The position numbers and the translations under genes were made by a program. The notes under the pieces were generated by a model, which saw only the letters and a list, made by a program, of their open reading frames with translations, ran no database searches and was not told the origin of the DNA. Positions 28,301-41,711 of a stretch of 64,000 nucleotides of DNA are shown here, in pieces; position 1 is the first letter of the stretch; every line of letters begins with the position of its first letter. The DNA comes from Paragordius varius (Eukaryota; Animalia; Nematomorpha): assembly GCA_964247055.1 (NCBI GenBank), contig OZ176051.1, positions 3,596,001 to 3,660,000 of the forward strand. The letters are read 5' to 3'.

Positions 28301-28747
28301 TTTTCAAAGTTAAAAATTACCTATTATCTTTTTAAAAAATGAATTTTTGTTTAAAATTAATATAATGATGAAAAAATAATAAACTATGCCATAAGAATAT
28401 ATTTCATATTAATGATGGGTTATATTAGCCCGAAAACAGATAATTTATTTTTAGGTTGAATTTGAAATGTTCAAGAGTGAGTTTGAATTGTTCAAAGGGA
28501 AATTCGAATTGTAAATGGTATATTAAAATTCAATACATGTTTACGTTAATCTATTTTTTTGATAAATACTGTGTGCGCCTCTAAAATTTAAGAAAAATGA
28601 ATTGAACCATATTCATTAAAGATGTTATACTTTCATATTAAATAGGTTTATGTCTGGCACACAAATACACGCACACCAGAATTACAGTATGAAAAATATT
28701 ACCAAAAAATATATGGAAAACCGTCCAATTTGGGAATCATAGTATAA
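22373..28747 (+). CDS. B3GAT: Galactosylgalactosylxylosylprotein 3-beta-glucuronosyltransferase (GT43, GlcAT-I/P/S family)
   Basis: Exons 22373-22388, 22413-22511 (TM segment), 22712-23391, 24509-24862, 25417-25651, 25933-26159, 27306-27525, 27946-28022, 28646-28747, all phase-compatible. Motifs PIIFLITPT, QRADLIRLSQTL, HWILIED, PRGVAQRN, VYFADDDNTY, VGIWPVGLVGG, FALDMAAFAIN, ETSLL, LEPLADNCTKVYVWHT. Paralog not resolved. Confidence 0.92.
26635..27175 (+). mobile_element. piggyBac-like MITE family P, copy 4 (in B3GAT intron)
   Basis: ttga|cactttgattcgaatctgggtatc ... gtatccaagtg|TTAA. Confidence 0.8.
28220..28522. mobile_element. Inverted-array TIR element, copy 2 (last B3GAT intron)
   Basis: Ends tatgccatttac / gtaaatggtata, with inverted arrays of caaa(c/t)tcacccttaaac. 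Confidence 0.55.
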
Positions 28748-30453
28748 TTTTTAGACAATGAAAATGAAATTCGGAAGGATAATTGCTTTTCATACATGTT
28801 AAATGTGAAAAAGGTAAAAAACAAAATTAATTCTGCAATCATTAACCAAACTAGTTGTTTAATTTGATTCGATTAGTATTCCCGAGTGATAAATTATTAT
28901 TTATATCTTTTATTGAATATATTTCTATTGGCTCAACTTTAAAATATGTAATGCTATAAAATTTTAATCTTTATAACTCTAGATAATCTTAGTTTATTCA
29001 TTTTTTAAATACATTAACCGAGTTTAGCATGCTATATACGAAATTTCATTAACATTTTAATTATAATACTGATATTTTCATTTGCTATATGGCAAGAATT
29101 ATATGAAATAAATATGACATTATGACGATATAACAATGATGATAATTTAATTATATAAATTTATAATATTAAAAATATCTTGAATTTTGGTGTATCAAAC
29201 CAGGGTGCCCCAATTCGCGGACGCGGTAAAATAACGCTTTAAAATATTACAAAAACATTTTTTCTATATAATACGATGAGACGCTGAGCATTTCTAAAAT
29301 AAGGGTGGAAGAACAATCCTGCAGTTTAGATAAAATCCTATAAAAAAGATATTAACTGACTCTCCATCAAAATTAAAATTGGTAAGTTCATAGGAACCAT
29401 ATAGTAGGTTGGGATTGAGACCACTTTTTAAAAAATATGGTCAGATTCCTAATGGGGAATAAACACCGTTTTAATGTTCACAAAAATGCTTTAAGTAAAT
29501 ACAGATAAGATTGCAAAATTATTAAGGCTGATTTGTTTTAATTAAAAATTGTGACCTGTGTAAAATTTTTATCACTTTTTCTAAAATATGGTAAGATTTG
29601 GTGTGGTTATAAACAGCAATTGATTCCAGAAATGGATAAATATATAATATTGATTAAATAATTAACAATAAAAAAGTTAATAATATGAAGTTTTGATATA
29701 ATTTCATAATATTTGTATATTTCACATCTGAGATAGCTTATTAGCTTTTAACATGTTATTTTAAAAAGCAGTGTTCTCGGTTAATGATGCATTCACAATT
29801 GGTCCAACCAAATCCTACTCTTAAAGCCATCAAAAAGCTTACCAATACTCAAATAATAAAATGAGGTTAGGATAAGTTTTTGGTTTATATGAAATTTTTC
29901 TTATATTCCTATAATTATATTATGATTATACACACTATAACAAATATGCATTGGTTATAAATTTATTATATATATAATTTTATATAAGTGATTTTAATCG
30001 TTAATAGCCAAAAAATTACTATTATAATGACAAGTTTAAGTGGATATTTAAAAATTTTTATGCGCTTTAATTAAAAAATAGGTTGAGATCAATGCTATAT
30101 AATGAGCTGTATGATTCTTACTATCTTTAATGCAATATATTTTCACTATGTTTCAATCGTGAGAGATTCACAAGCTTTTGATGGTAATCAAGATGTTTTA
30201 TCGTTTTGTTTTAAATGCTGAATTAACCCTTTAAATGTTGGACTCATCTAAAACCATAAAATAAAATTTATATAATTAAAAATTTCAGATTTCAACAAAT
30301 AATATTGGGTTAAAAATATTTATAGATATATAATCAAAAATATTAACAAAGATTAGATAAAACTTATACTAAGTTGTAAACACCAAATTAGTCTAGATGT
30401 CTAAATCACCGAAAATAAATAATATGGTGCTTAAGTTTCAAAAAGTAAAAAAA

Positions 30454-31306
30454 TCATACAGGAAGATTAGATGATTCCTTGGATGACGTTAATCCCGTTA
30501 AAAGTGAACTATCATTCTGTATAAATAAACTATCTAGTGTATTGAAAGAGGTAAAAATATTAGTTTTATTGCTTTCAGTTTCTGCGGATACAATAATGGG
30601 TGTCTCAATTCGCTCTATTGTACTAATTATGTTTGTTTCCTTAGGAATAACATTAGCAATAATATTGCTGGTTGAGACGAGATTAACAAGAAAATCTTGA
30701 GTATGTAGACTAAAATTATCATCGAATATTGGTTGGTAAGTATTGGTTAAATGTGCCGACATCCCTATTGATATATATACAAAAAATAGATATTATGAAA
30801 AAAATGTTATGCACAAAAGTATATATTTATGTGTTTTAAAAACAGTGGTTAATTGTTTTAAAAAGAATGCTTCCAGATACAATCATAATAAAATTTTCAA
30901 AGTAAAAATAAACGAAACAGCATACATGATATATCTCCCAAAGCAATATCAATCAGTTTTTCACTTTCAAAAGAGTTAGGTGGATTCTCCTTAGTTAATT
31001 TTATGTCAGCTATTTGTTGGTTAGCAATCGTTCTATGAATCATATTCTGATCTTTTAACTGTTGTTCCGATGTTGTAAAAGGTAATGGCCATTCTTCGAC
31101 CATAGGCAAAGAAACATCGAGTAGAGAATTATCAAAATTTGATGGTATTGCACTAGATAAAGGAATTGATGTTTGGGTTGTTTTATAAGTTGAACAGTTA
31201 AGTATATTATTATAGTTACAATTGGTAGAATATAAAAATGATGTGTGCTGATTTTTTGCCACAGTGTTTGGTGCTTTCTATATAATAGTATTGTGCGTTA
31301 AAATTT

Positions 31307-31361
<55 letters not shown>

Positions 31362-34300
31362 CAAAAAAGTTGTACATTACCGAATGTTTATTCTGAAGAT
31401 CTGATAAATTTACGAAACCAGGCGTTTCCATCCCAAACGCTACATTTTAAAAGAACATATGTTTTAAAATTTTATTCCAGCTAATTATATTATATATAGC
31501 TATAAATAATATAACCTGCCGTCGATTTCAATCGATTCGTTATATCATACACGTGTTTAATTTTATTATTTGGGTGTAAAGATGTGTAAAATGAATTACT
31601 CACATTCGTTGTCATAAGAGGAATAGAATTTCCGTTAGTGGGTATTGGTAAAATCGGTACAATATGTTTTTCGCCCATGTTATGCATATTCTGTCCTTTT
31701 ACCAAGGTAAAATTTACTATTCCATTTAAAGGGGGTACATGGCTCGAAAATATCACTGAAGAATTTAACTGATTAGCTAAAATTTGAGCGTTATTATAAT
31801 TAATGGTATTAAAACCATTGTGAGTTAAGAGGGGTGGTTGTTGATTCGGTAAACCACCAATTTTTCTGAGGTACCTTGAAATGCGATTATTATAGCGTCT
31901 AGGACGTGTTGAGGATATACCCACATTAGATTGAGTAAATGATACTTTATTTGCAGCCATAATTGGTGATTTTATTTCAATGATCGCCGGTATTGCATTA
32001 GTTATCAAGGTTGGAGTAGAAACGATTAAATTGTTTGAAATATTTGCAAAGGACTGATTAATTTGTATTTGTTCAGCAGTCGTTTGATGTGTTGTTGTTG
32101 ATTGAGGCAAGGAATAAGATTGTATGATATTCACTAAAAATCAATATTCGAAACATTTTAGTTATATTATTTATACTTTCGAAAAAAATTTCAAAAAATA
32201 TCTAAACTTTTAACATGATCCGATAAATCGCCTCCAGAACTAGGGTATATATTTTGAATCGAGTCAACATTGAATTCTCTGGATTCTACCACATTTGCGG
32301 TTAAATTTATATTGTTCGCGTTTACAGTTAATTGGTTTGGATCTAACGTATGATGTAAATTTTTAAAAATTATCGATAATTGCTATTTGTAGCTTTTTAA
32401 AATTATTAAAGATATATTATATTATAGACAGCCTTATATAAAATTTTAGTATAATTTAGCATTCTTTATAAAACTTTGTTATGCAAAAGAAAATGCTCTA
32501 TAATAAAATATTTTTGCGTTTATACAAAGTATTTTGCTTACGTATTCAAATAACTATAACTCACCCATATAAAGTGTAGTTTGACAATCTAAAATGGTAA
32601 TATTAACCGATTTCACCGAATAATCAGGATATACTCTCAATTTTTGTTTTAAGTTTGAAATTAAAAATACTCAATCGAGCAAATATTATTATAAAAATAT
32701 CTGTTAAGGAATAATATATAGAAATGCAAGGCAATACATGAATATTTAAATTATACAAGAATTTAAAAAATACTATGATAACATTAATTCAAAATCATTC
32801 TGATAAATAATTTTGACCAAATTTTTAATTTACCTTTGGTCGTAGTGATTGGATAATTTTTTTCCGATACAAAAGTAGATGTATCGGCCAAAGCCAAATC
32901 AAAAAGTGCTCGGAAATTTCGTTTTTCATGTTCTTCTTCTTGAGGAGTCATCTGTCAAAAAAAGATTTAACTATTATGAGAGAATTTAAAAAAACGTAAT
33001 TATTGTTTAAAATTAATGTTTAAATACACCATTTAAATTTCAAATTTACCCTCGAACTTTATATTTATCTTGAATATTATAATTTCATTCTCAAACACAT
33101 GAAATTTACCCTTAAACAATTTCAAATATACCTTTAAATATTTCCTTAAACATAAATCTCAAACACCTCAATTTATACCCACAAACATTTCGTATTCCTG
33201 GTTATTAAATTCACCCTAAAATATATCAAATTACCCCCGATAACTTTTAATTCAACTTAAACTTAAAAATTCCCCTTGGATTTCAAGGCTTGAACATTTT
33301 TACTTTACTCTTAATTTTAAACTACCTTTCAATATTTAAATTTACATCATTTCGAACTCACTTTAAATACAATTCTCCCTTAAACATTTCGATTTCGCCT
33401 TCATTTCAGGTTTATCTTAAATTAAAATTCATTGAACATTTCGAATTCTCCTTTAAATATTAAACCTCTTGAAGATTATAATCCACTCTATTTGGAATAA
33501 ATCAACTTTTATTTAATATTAAAATATTTTTGTGTTTTTTTTTCGATTTTACCCTACTTTGTTAATTTATTACAAATTCATATATCAAAAACATAAAAAA
33601 TATAAGTTTTAATTTAAGGTGCCTTGTTTATTATAAAATATATTTGTAATTTTACCAAAACAAAGCATTTCATATCGGATATTCATATAATTTTTGATAT
33701 TTTGAAAAATATTTAATCAAAAAATGTATCTCATATTTAAGTTAAATTAGCCCAAAAAAAAATTTAATTTTAAATTAAAAGTGTTATAATCAAAGGTCAA
33801 TTTAAAATGTTCAAGGATAAAAAAATGTTTAAAAGTAAAATTCAAGTGTTATTGGTATATTTATATCGATGGCATAATTCAAATTTTATTATTAAGCATT
33901 ATACCAAAATTATATTCAATATTAAAATGATATAATTTAAAATTAATCTGTTAAAAACTCCTTTTCTAATTTAATAGTTTTTTCTAAATTAGCTAATTAG
34001 TGTAATAAATATACTTTAAAGGTATAATGGAATGTGATAGAATACGTATTAAAGGTTAGGTTATATCTATGACACAAATCCGAAAATGTAACATTTAAAT
34101 CAATCAATTCTTGCAATAGATATGGTAAATTTGTGGTTTCATTCGAATGATAATTTAATTCATCCACGTTATTTTTCTTTTCAGATTGCGATTGAGTCGG
34201 CATTGTTATGTTAGTTTTTTCGTAAGAAACATAAAATGCCAATTGTTTAAGTATGTCGATAATTGGATGATTTTCATCCTTCGAAAAAGTATGTTCAAAA

Positions 34301-37300
34301 GATTCTGGTGTATTCATTTTATCGAATTTGTTGGGTGTTTCGTATACTTTAGGTGCGTTTTTTAACAAATGTTTGTATTCGTTTGTCTAAATAAGAGGAA
34401 GCCAAAAATGTAATAACTATTTAGGAATTTAAAAATAACCATATAAATGTAACAAAAAATTATTATAATAATTAATGAATAAATAGATTTTTTAAACAAG
34501 TTTCTTATTATTTAATAAATAATGTTGTGAGATTAATGAAGCAAATATTTTATGTTATAATTGGCTTTTAAACAATACTTATTGATATACTACAACTTTT
34601 AATTTGAGACGCTTGAACAAATTAAAAATTAATTAAATTTTGTTTTTGATAAGGTAAAGAACTATAAATTGATTGCAACTTCGTCGCCAAATTAAAAATA
34701 TATAATTATAGAAACAATCAATTACATATTGCCCTAAAAGTGTAGAGTTTTGCCATTTATTGCAGAGGAGTTTGTGGACATCTAAAATTCGAGTATTTGG
34801 TAAAAGTGTAAGCTTAATATTAGGATTTTGACCCAAAGATTGAATAATGCAATAATCACGTTGAGTCTTTGGAATTAAAATGCAACTAATATTTTCTCGT
34901 TGTTTTAGTTGACCATTGTGCATAGAGGCTATTTTGCCAAAATTAACATTATTTGAGGTTAGGCCTGATAATGTATTATTTACATGTCTTTGATTTTCAC
35001 TTTTTTGCAATATATCTGAATCTATAAATTTAAATAAGGTGTCTTAAAAATAAAGGTTATTGCACTAATTTAACAAATAATTGTTAAATCAATAATGTTG
35101 GTATTTAATTAATAACCCGGCTCTGCTAAAAACAATAGTAAAATCTTGATGACATTATAGATAAAAGATTTTATAAAACTAATATAATATTGAACAACAA
35201 ATTTTTATTCGAGTTTATTTGCATTTCCTGATATTTACTATCTTTTGACAGTAAATCTGAATTAAATATTATAATTCTACCTAAAAAAAATTATAACTTG
35301 ATATTTATGACTAGCCCTCTTTAAAAAAATTTTAAAAAATGTTATTCTTTGAAATTATATGATAAATGCCCATTTGTAATATATCATTCGAAAGAGTAAT
35401 GAAAACTCTATAAAATTCAATCTAATATGTTTTATATCAATAGTTAATGGTAGAAAGCGACAAACCCGCTAAAAGAGAACGTTTTTCTCAACTAATTATT
35501 TTTTAAACTAATGTATGTAAATAGCTCAAACTTTGTGTAGATAGCAATGAATGCCCAAAAAAGAAAACACAAAAAAAATTTCGATTAAAACACTCATTAA
35601 TTGCTTTTATGTGATTCAAAAAGCCATTTTTGATTTTTAGTTTTTTTAATGTGTCATCAATATTAATTATTTTATTTAGAAGGCTTAAAATTTATTTACA
35701 ACTAGAAATAAGGTATAAGGCATTCTTGATCTTATATAACCGTTAGGTAATATTTAATTAGTTATAATGCATTTTAGTATTCAATAGATAAAACAATTAT
35801 GATTTTTATTAAAGCCAACCAAAAGCTTTTTTAAAGATTTTTTTTATCTAATCTTATACTAATGAAACCCTAATAATTATATTAAAATAATTTATATGAT
35901 TTTTGATTTAGTACGTCTAAGAAAATTTTTGACTTATTTAGGGGTTGAAAATTATGACCATATAAAGCCAAATAACTTTAACATCAAATTGATTTAAATA
36001 TTAACTACCATTCGAAAAATTCTGTCGTTTGCACCCTTTTCAGTGGATATAAAAACATGGCTATATATCTAAAACTTTTGATTTTAAAAATTTTGAGATA
36101 ATGTTTAATCGGTGCCAAAAATTTTATATAAACCCCAATAAAAAATAATTCTTAGGCGTTAGATAAATTTTCTTTAGATATACTATAAATGTACTTTGAT
36201 TATATTTAAATAAAAATAGCCCGTAAAAAAGTCAAAATTTGTTGGGTTAATTTATGTAATATGCGACTACCGCAATTTAGATAAAATCACTATAAATCAA
36301 AAAAGTTGATTAAAATGCGTGATATTTAAAACTATCTCGCAAATCTTAGATAAAAAAGTGCGGAAAATTAATTCATTGGGTAATTTTTAACAAAAATACA
36401 AAAATTAAACAACCAAACTTTACAAATTTTTCGTCTGAAAATGGCTAACTTATGTGGTCGCAATAAAAAATTATTGTAAATAAAAACAAGAAGTACCATT
36501 GATAAATTCATTCAGATTATGAAGTAATAAACGATTGGAACCCTGTGATATTAAATTGTTTGTATGATTCGGTAAAGTGCTATTAGAATTGTTTGGTAAA
36601 ATGGTTGCATTGTTTGTGGAACTTCCCGTTTGTAATAGATTTGTTTCTCCTCCTGAATAAAATATAAAATCATTTATAATTTCAATAATAAAAACAAAAT
36701 AAAAAAACGCGGCCTCAATTTAATTAGAGTGGCTCTTTTCCCCTTCATAATGATAAAATACATGGCTAATTATCCGCATCATCCACCCTTTCAACAACTT
36801 TTTTGTTAAAATAGGAATTTATGATAATTACTATAATCTGATTTTTTAATGAAAAGCTCATTATCAAAGGGGTTTGATGCATATCGAAAAAAGAAAAAAA
36901 TAACTTACCCGATAAATTTTTTAGAGCATCACATGTTGGGAGTTTAATCCGTATTTTTTTATCCTTAATTTTCACCCAACTTGATCTAAAATTGACAATT
37001 AGATAACAATATACCCATGAAAAATAAGTGGTGTCATATGTTCACGTAAGAGTCTTTTTAACCTTTTTTCGTCGCCTATGCAAAATTATAAAAAAATTAT
37101 ACATTGGTTAAACTTCTTCCTCAATTCCCCGTAACTAAGTAAGCAAGATAACTCCACAAAATTCTTTTTGAGTGCTAGAAATATATAATTAATCATTACA
37201 TGTTTTTTGAGCTTCATTTTTATATTTGATATATTTGGTTAACTTTGCCAGAGTGCGATAATAGAAATGCCTAATTTGCTCTTTGTTTCGTGTCATATTT

Positions 37301-37545
37301 TGACCGTATTTGGACAACATATATTGCCAAATCTGCTCAAAATTTTTTCCAAACTAGAATAGAAAAAAAATAAAACCATGGCTAATGCTTCAAAGAATAG
37401 ATTTGTTTCTTCGGCACTCCATTGTTCCCATGTTTTACGCTTTCGAACTAGTAATAAAGGCTGTGTTGAATCTATGATTTATATAAAATATACCATTTTG
37501 ATTCACAATATTTGGATTTTCATGGTCTAAGTTTTGACTCGACAT
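30454..37545 (-). CDS. CRAMP1: Cramped/CRAMP1-like SANT-domain chromatin protein
   Basis: Spliced from ATG 37545: RKRKTWEQWSAEETNLFFEALAMFGKNFEQI...RNKEQIRHFYYRTLAKLTKYI...LKKNFVELSCLLSYGELRKK...KIRIKLPTCDALK, then LIPKTQRDYCIIQSLGQNPNIKL...LCNKW. These match CRAMP1 motifs (KNKEQVRHFYYRTW, LICYGELRKK, VQSLAQNPRLR). ORF-track ORFs 34633-35010, 33997-34368, 31490-32134, 30897-31262 and 30454-30762 join as downstream exons. The 3' end is tentative. Confidence 0.9.
33024..33860. mobile_element. Inverted-array TIR element, copy 3 with expanded left array (CRAMP1 intron)
   Basis: tacaccatt at left and attggtata at right. Many degenerate ttcaaatt(c/t)acccttaaaca units at ~33035-33460 and reverse units at ~33790-33850. 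Confidence 0.5.
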
Positions 37546-38676
37546 TTATCAAACAATAGATACATCTGACCAATGTTTTTAGCATTATATCATCAAAACT
37601 CCTGTTTTAATGACAATATGTTCTACGCTTGCTTTCGGTTTTCATGTCATTTTCATTTTTATCTTCTTATTCAAATTATATTATTATATATCCTAAGATT
37701 TGTATACAAGGTTTGTGATTGGTATTCCCTTTCTCGTTAGATTTTGTTTTATTTCAAAATAAGTCTGTTATGGTGCCTTCCCTTTTTAACAATAATCAGT
37801 TTTCCAGCTTTCCTATCTTCTACAAATATTTATATTCTAAGCCTAACTTAAAAGATATACTTCTGTCTTTCATTGTTCAAAGTCATTCTATATTATTTCC
37901 AACGCGTATTGCACGCTATTTAATATACTAAAAATTTTGACCACCGTTTTTTTTAAAAATGATTGGACCTTAAGACTTTTACATATTATCCTTTCAAAAC
38001 GCACCCTACGAGCTGCATGAGGCTATAAAAATGCTTTTTATAGCTCTGAATTACTAATTTTGAGTAAAAATCCTGCAAATTTGTCAAACAACATTGAAAT
38101 CATTTTAGTAGTCTTAACACAAGAAAATTATTTTTTTGGCCCTTCAATAATTTTTGATGAGTAGCACTGTTCTATATCGTAAGTAAAAAACTACGGTTGC
38201 TAAACCAATAAAAAAGGAATATGTTTTTTTTAACCGCTGATTAAGACCTACTCAACAGCTGAACTCATTTCAAAAATCCGATAAATAAAGCTGCTTTTGG
38301 CAACCTTAATTTTATTATACATTCAAAGGCATCTTTTTTTAATATTTTGCCAATATTCAGCCTTATCTGAGTATTTTGGAAAAGGCATTAATCCATTGTT
38401 TCTAGATATAATTTAAAACGAATTGGCAGCATCCGAAATATGGCTTTACAAGTTGTGTCATGGTGACGGTTGCACATTGTTGACATTTTAACTATAAATT
38501 GAAATGGAGACAGGGCTAGATCTGTCCTGTCTTGCGTTATGCTAACTCGAAGTGAAATGCTTAAAGGATAGAGTTTGTTCCCACACAAACCAATTAAAAT
38601 TATAAATAATATAATTAAATAGTAAGAGATAATACGTGACGTGGCATTTTAAATTTTCATCTATTAATGTTTTTAA

Positions 38677-39904
38677 CACTGCGTGCAATTAAAATTTTTT
38701 TTCATGAGATAGCTTATGACCAGCGTATTCGTTTGCGCAAAAATTTTTATTTGTTGACAACCTAGTTTTTGAAATATTGAGAGAAAATCGAAATCGGGCA
38801 AAAAGTGAAAATTAAGTTTAATTAAGAATAATTCAAAAAATAATGATAAAATTAATTTAATGGTTTATTATCATTTTAGGAGATATTTTCAATATATAAA
38901 TTGCCTAAAATCATATAGTTAGGGTTTCTATAAAATTTCAGCTCAAAAGATAGCGTCTTTCTTTTAACAAGCTTAAAAGACAAAAAAATTTTTATGAAAC
39001 TATATTAAAATAATTTTTTTAATTATTTACTAGCTAAACTCACTATTAAAATCTTAACATTCATACTTTATTCTGTATAAAAACCTATATACCAAAATAA
39101 AACCAAAAAATATTGTGTTTTATTTTTGCATTTTTTGGCATCTGGATGAGTGTATAAAAAATTCATACTGTTTTATTGTGGATTCTTACTTGAGTGGGAA
39201 TTAATTAAGTATATAATGTATGCAAAATAAGATTTTATAGTAGTGCAACATCAACCAACAATCCGTAATCCCAATAAAAATTTTAATTTGTCTTAAAACA
39301 GACTTGTTACAGGTATTTGTAAGAATTGTTGATTGATATTCTACTACTTTAAAATGCTATTTTGCATAAATTATTTTTATAATTCCCACTCATGTAAGAT
39401 TCCAAAATAAAATGGTATAAAAATTTTTTTACACTAATAACCAGGATAAAAAAAATAAAAAACAATATTTTTTGGTTTTTTTTACTGAAAAAAATATGAA
39501 TGTTAAGATTTAATAGTGAGTTTAGCTAGTAAACAATTAAAAAAAATTATTTCAATATATTTTCATAAAAAAATTTTTTTTAAGCGTGTTAAAAGAAAAA
39601 CGCCATCTCTGACGTGAGATTTTATAGAAACTCTAACTATATGATTTTAGGCTATTTATATATTGAAAATATATCCTAAAAGGATAATAAACCATAATAT
39701 CTTAAATTTTATCATTAATTTTTGAATTATCCTTATTTATCCTTTATTTTCCCTTTTTGGCCGATTTCAATTTTCTCTCAATATTTCAAAAACTAGGTTG
39801 TCAACAAATAATAATTGCTGCAAATGAATTCATTGGTCATAAGCTATCTCATGAAAAAAAATATTTTCGTTAAATCAAAATGACCCTCTTTTTTGCACAC
39901 AGTG
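38677..39904. mobile_element. Foldback-type element with ~600-bp imperfect inverted arms and Tc1/mariner-like CACTG/CAGTG|TA ends
   Basis: The left arm (catgagatagcttatgacc..ttgttgacaacctagtttttgaaatattgagagaaaat..ctagctaaactcactattaaaatcttaacattcata..) is mirrored throughout by the right arm. Short centre at ~39270-39320. Confidence 0.85.
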
Positions 39905-39905
39905 T

Positions 39906-39959
<54 letters not shown>

Positions 39960-41157
39960 AATGTATACTGATAGATAAATATATTAAGATCATCATGGTG
40001 CTTTTGGTTTTGGGGCTTAGTATATTATATATTTAGACGTTTGTGCTAACTGCTCCATATCGAACATTCTCAAAATTGGGCAGATTACACTCTCCACACA
40101 CAAAAATATCCGTATATATATATATATTATGATTGATAAATGTAACAGGATCATAGTGCTTTTGGTTTTTGGTCTTACGAGTGATATAAAATTATTTCTA
40201 CTGTGGTAAGTCCATATCAGAAATGGAAAAATTTGGGCACGTTTTTAGAATAAATATTTTTGGTGAAAACTAAATAAAAAACATATTCCCAAAAAATAAC
40301 ATAAACTACATATAAAAAGAAAAACTATAATTTTATAAAATTTTAAATTTTGCAACCCAAATGTCTCAATGTACTCGTCCAAAATGGGCAAATTCTCTTA
40401 ATACCTCATTATATATTGCGATAACATTCTGGGGTACTTTTGGACGGCTTATAGTAGGAAACAAATTACTGTTATGAAAGTTGCTTTGGATAAAATTTCA
40501 TTATTAAATCATGTTCTCCTGTATTGGATAAAAATTAGAACGTTTACAGTTTTTTAACTTGCTCAATCCCAAATTTAGATAGCTTCAAAACACGATTAAA
40601 CAGATAATAATTAAATATCAAAAATTTGCTGTTAAATTGTAATTTCAAAGTTTTCCAAAGTCAACTATTTATATTTCAACCATAATATAGTTAGTTGCGT
40701 TATGTAAGCACGATTTAAAGATAATTTAAAATAATTAGCGGCGAAAAAGTTTCAAATGTAGTTTACAATTATACATTTTTTAAAAAAATGTATCAAGCGT
40801 GTAAAAAAGAAAGCATATTTTTATACTAATGCTAAAAATATTAATTATTATATCATTTAAACACCTTATGGTTTAAAACTACCCAAAAAGTTCATGGAGT
40901 GTTAAATTAAAAAAGTGCTGAGATTGTGCGATATAAATTTTAAATAATGTTTAATTGGGTTATCAGAATAGTTTTCTCCGAATGTATATTCTGAAAAATT
41001 TAAATAGGAAAATTTTGGTGCGAGTTTTTTTGGTATTTGAAGCATGGTCTTGACGGTATAAAAGACTTTGAGACACTACAAAAACAATTTTTCTAAATAA
41101 TTTTATGATGCTGATTTCTATAACCTAAATTTAATTTAGAGGTTCTTTTGCTTTTAG

Positions 41158-41711
41158 CACTTCGATTCAAATTAGGGTATTTAAAAACCCTAGACCATAT
41201 ATAAGATATAGTTAAAAAACTACCGAAGGAAATGGGTTCAATATATATCCTAATAAAAATTATATTAATAAGCCAAACTATTTAAATAAAATTAGGTTCT
41301 GAAAAATATTTCCGTATCAAACTGCTACGAAGGCATTATCTTACAACATTTTTGTAAAATATAATGGTGTTTTTTAAATTTAACGCTAAAATTTAAGCTA
41401 ACTATTTTACTAATATTACCTGTAAAATTAATATAAACAGTAAAAATTTATACGCATTTTTAATTTTTATCAAATGCACATATGTCCTGTTGGCGAAATT
41501 TATTATATATTGGGCTTCATCTATAAAATAAGTACTATCAAGCATTAAATGAAACCTTTTTATATTTCGGCGCATCAATGTTATTTGGGTGTATATTTCA
41601 ATGGTTTAAATTTAATTATATTTTAGAAATATTAGATTCTAAAGAGGGCCCGTAGGCTCCAAAGACCCCAATTTGAATCGGAACACTTAATTGAAAGTCT
41701 TGTAACCAAGT
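41158..41711 (+). mobile_element. piggyBac-like MITE family P, copy 5 (older)
   Basis: cacttcgattcaaattagggtat at left, ccccaatttgaatcgg and ttgtaaccaagt at right. TSD degraded. Confidence 0.7.

Noticed and set aside
32134-32220. Apparent frameshift or readthrough stop in CRAMP1
   Set aside because: A phase-1 donor (a|gtttag) upstream of the TGA resolves it. No recoding or alternative genetic code is needed, and all other exons read in the standard code.
14071-37545. Two Polycomb-related genes (Asx, CRAMP1) within ~12 kb
   Set aside because: Separated by an unrelated gene, with no evidence of conserved linkage. Probably chance unless synteny shows otherwise.
38290-38590. TDLALSPFQF resembling the mariner SPDLAPSDF motif beside the foldback element
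   Set aside because: A single weak motif. The rest of the transposase could not be reconstructed.
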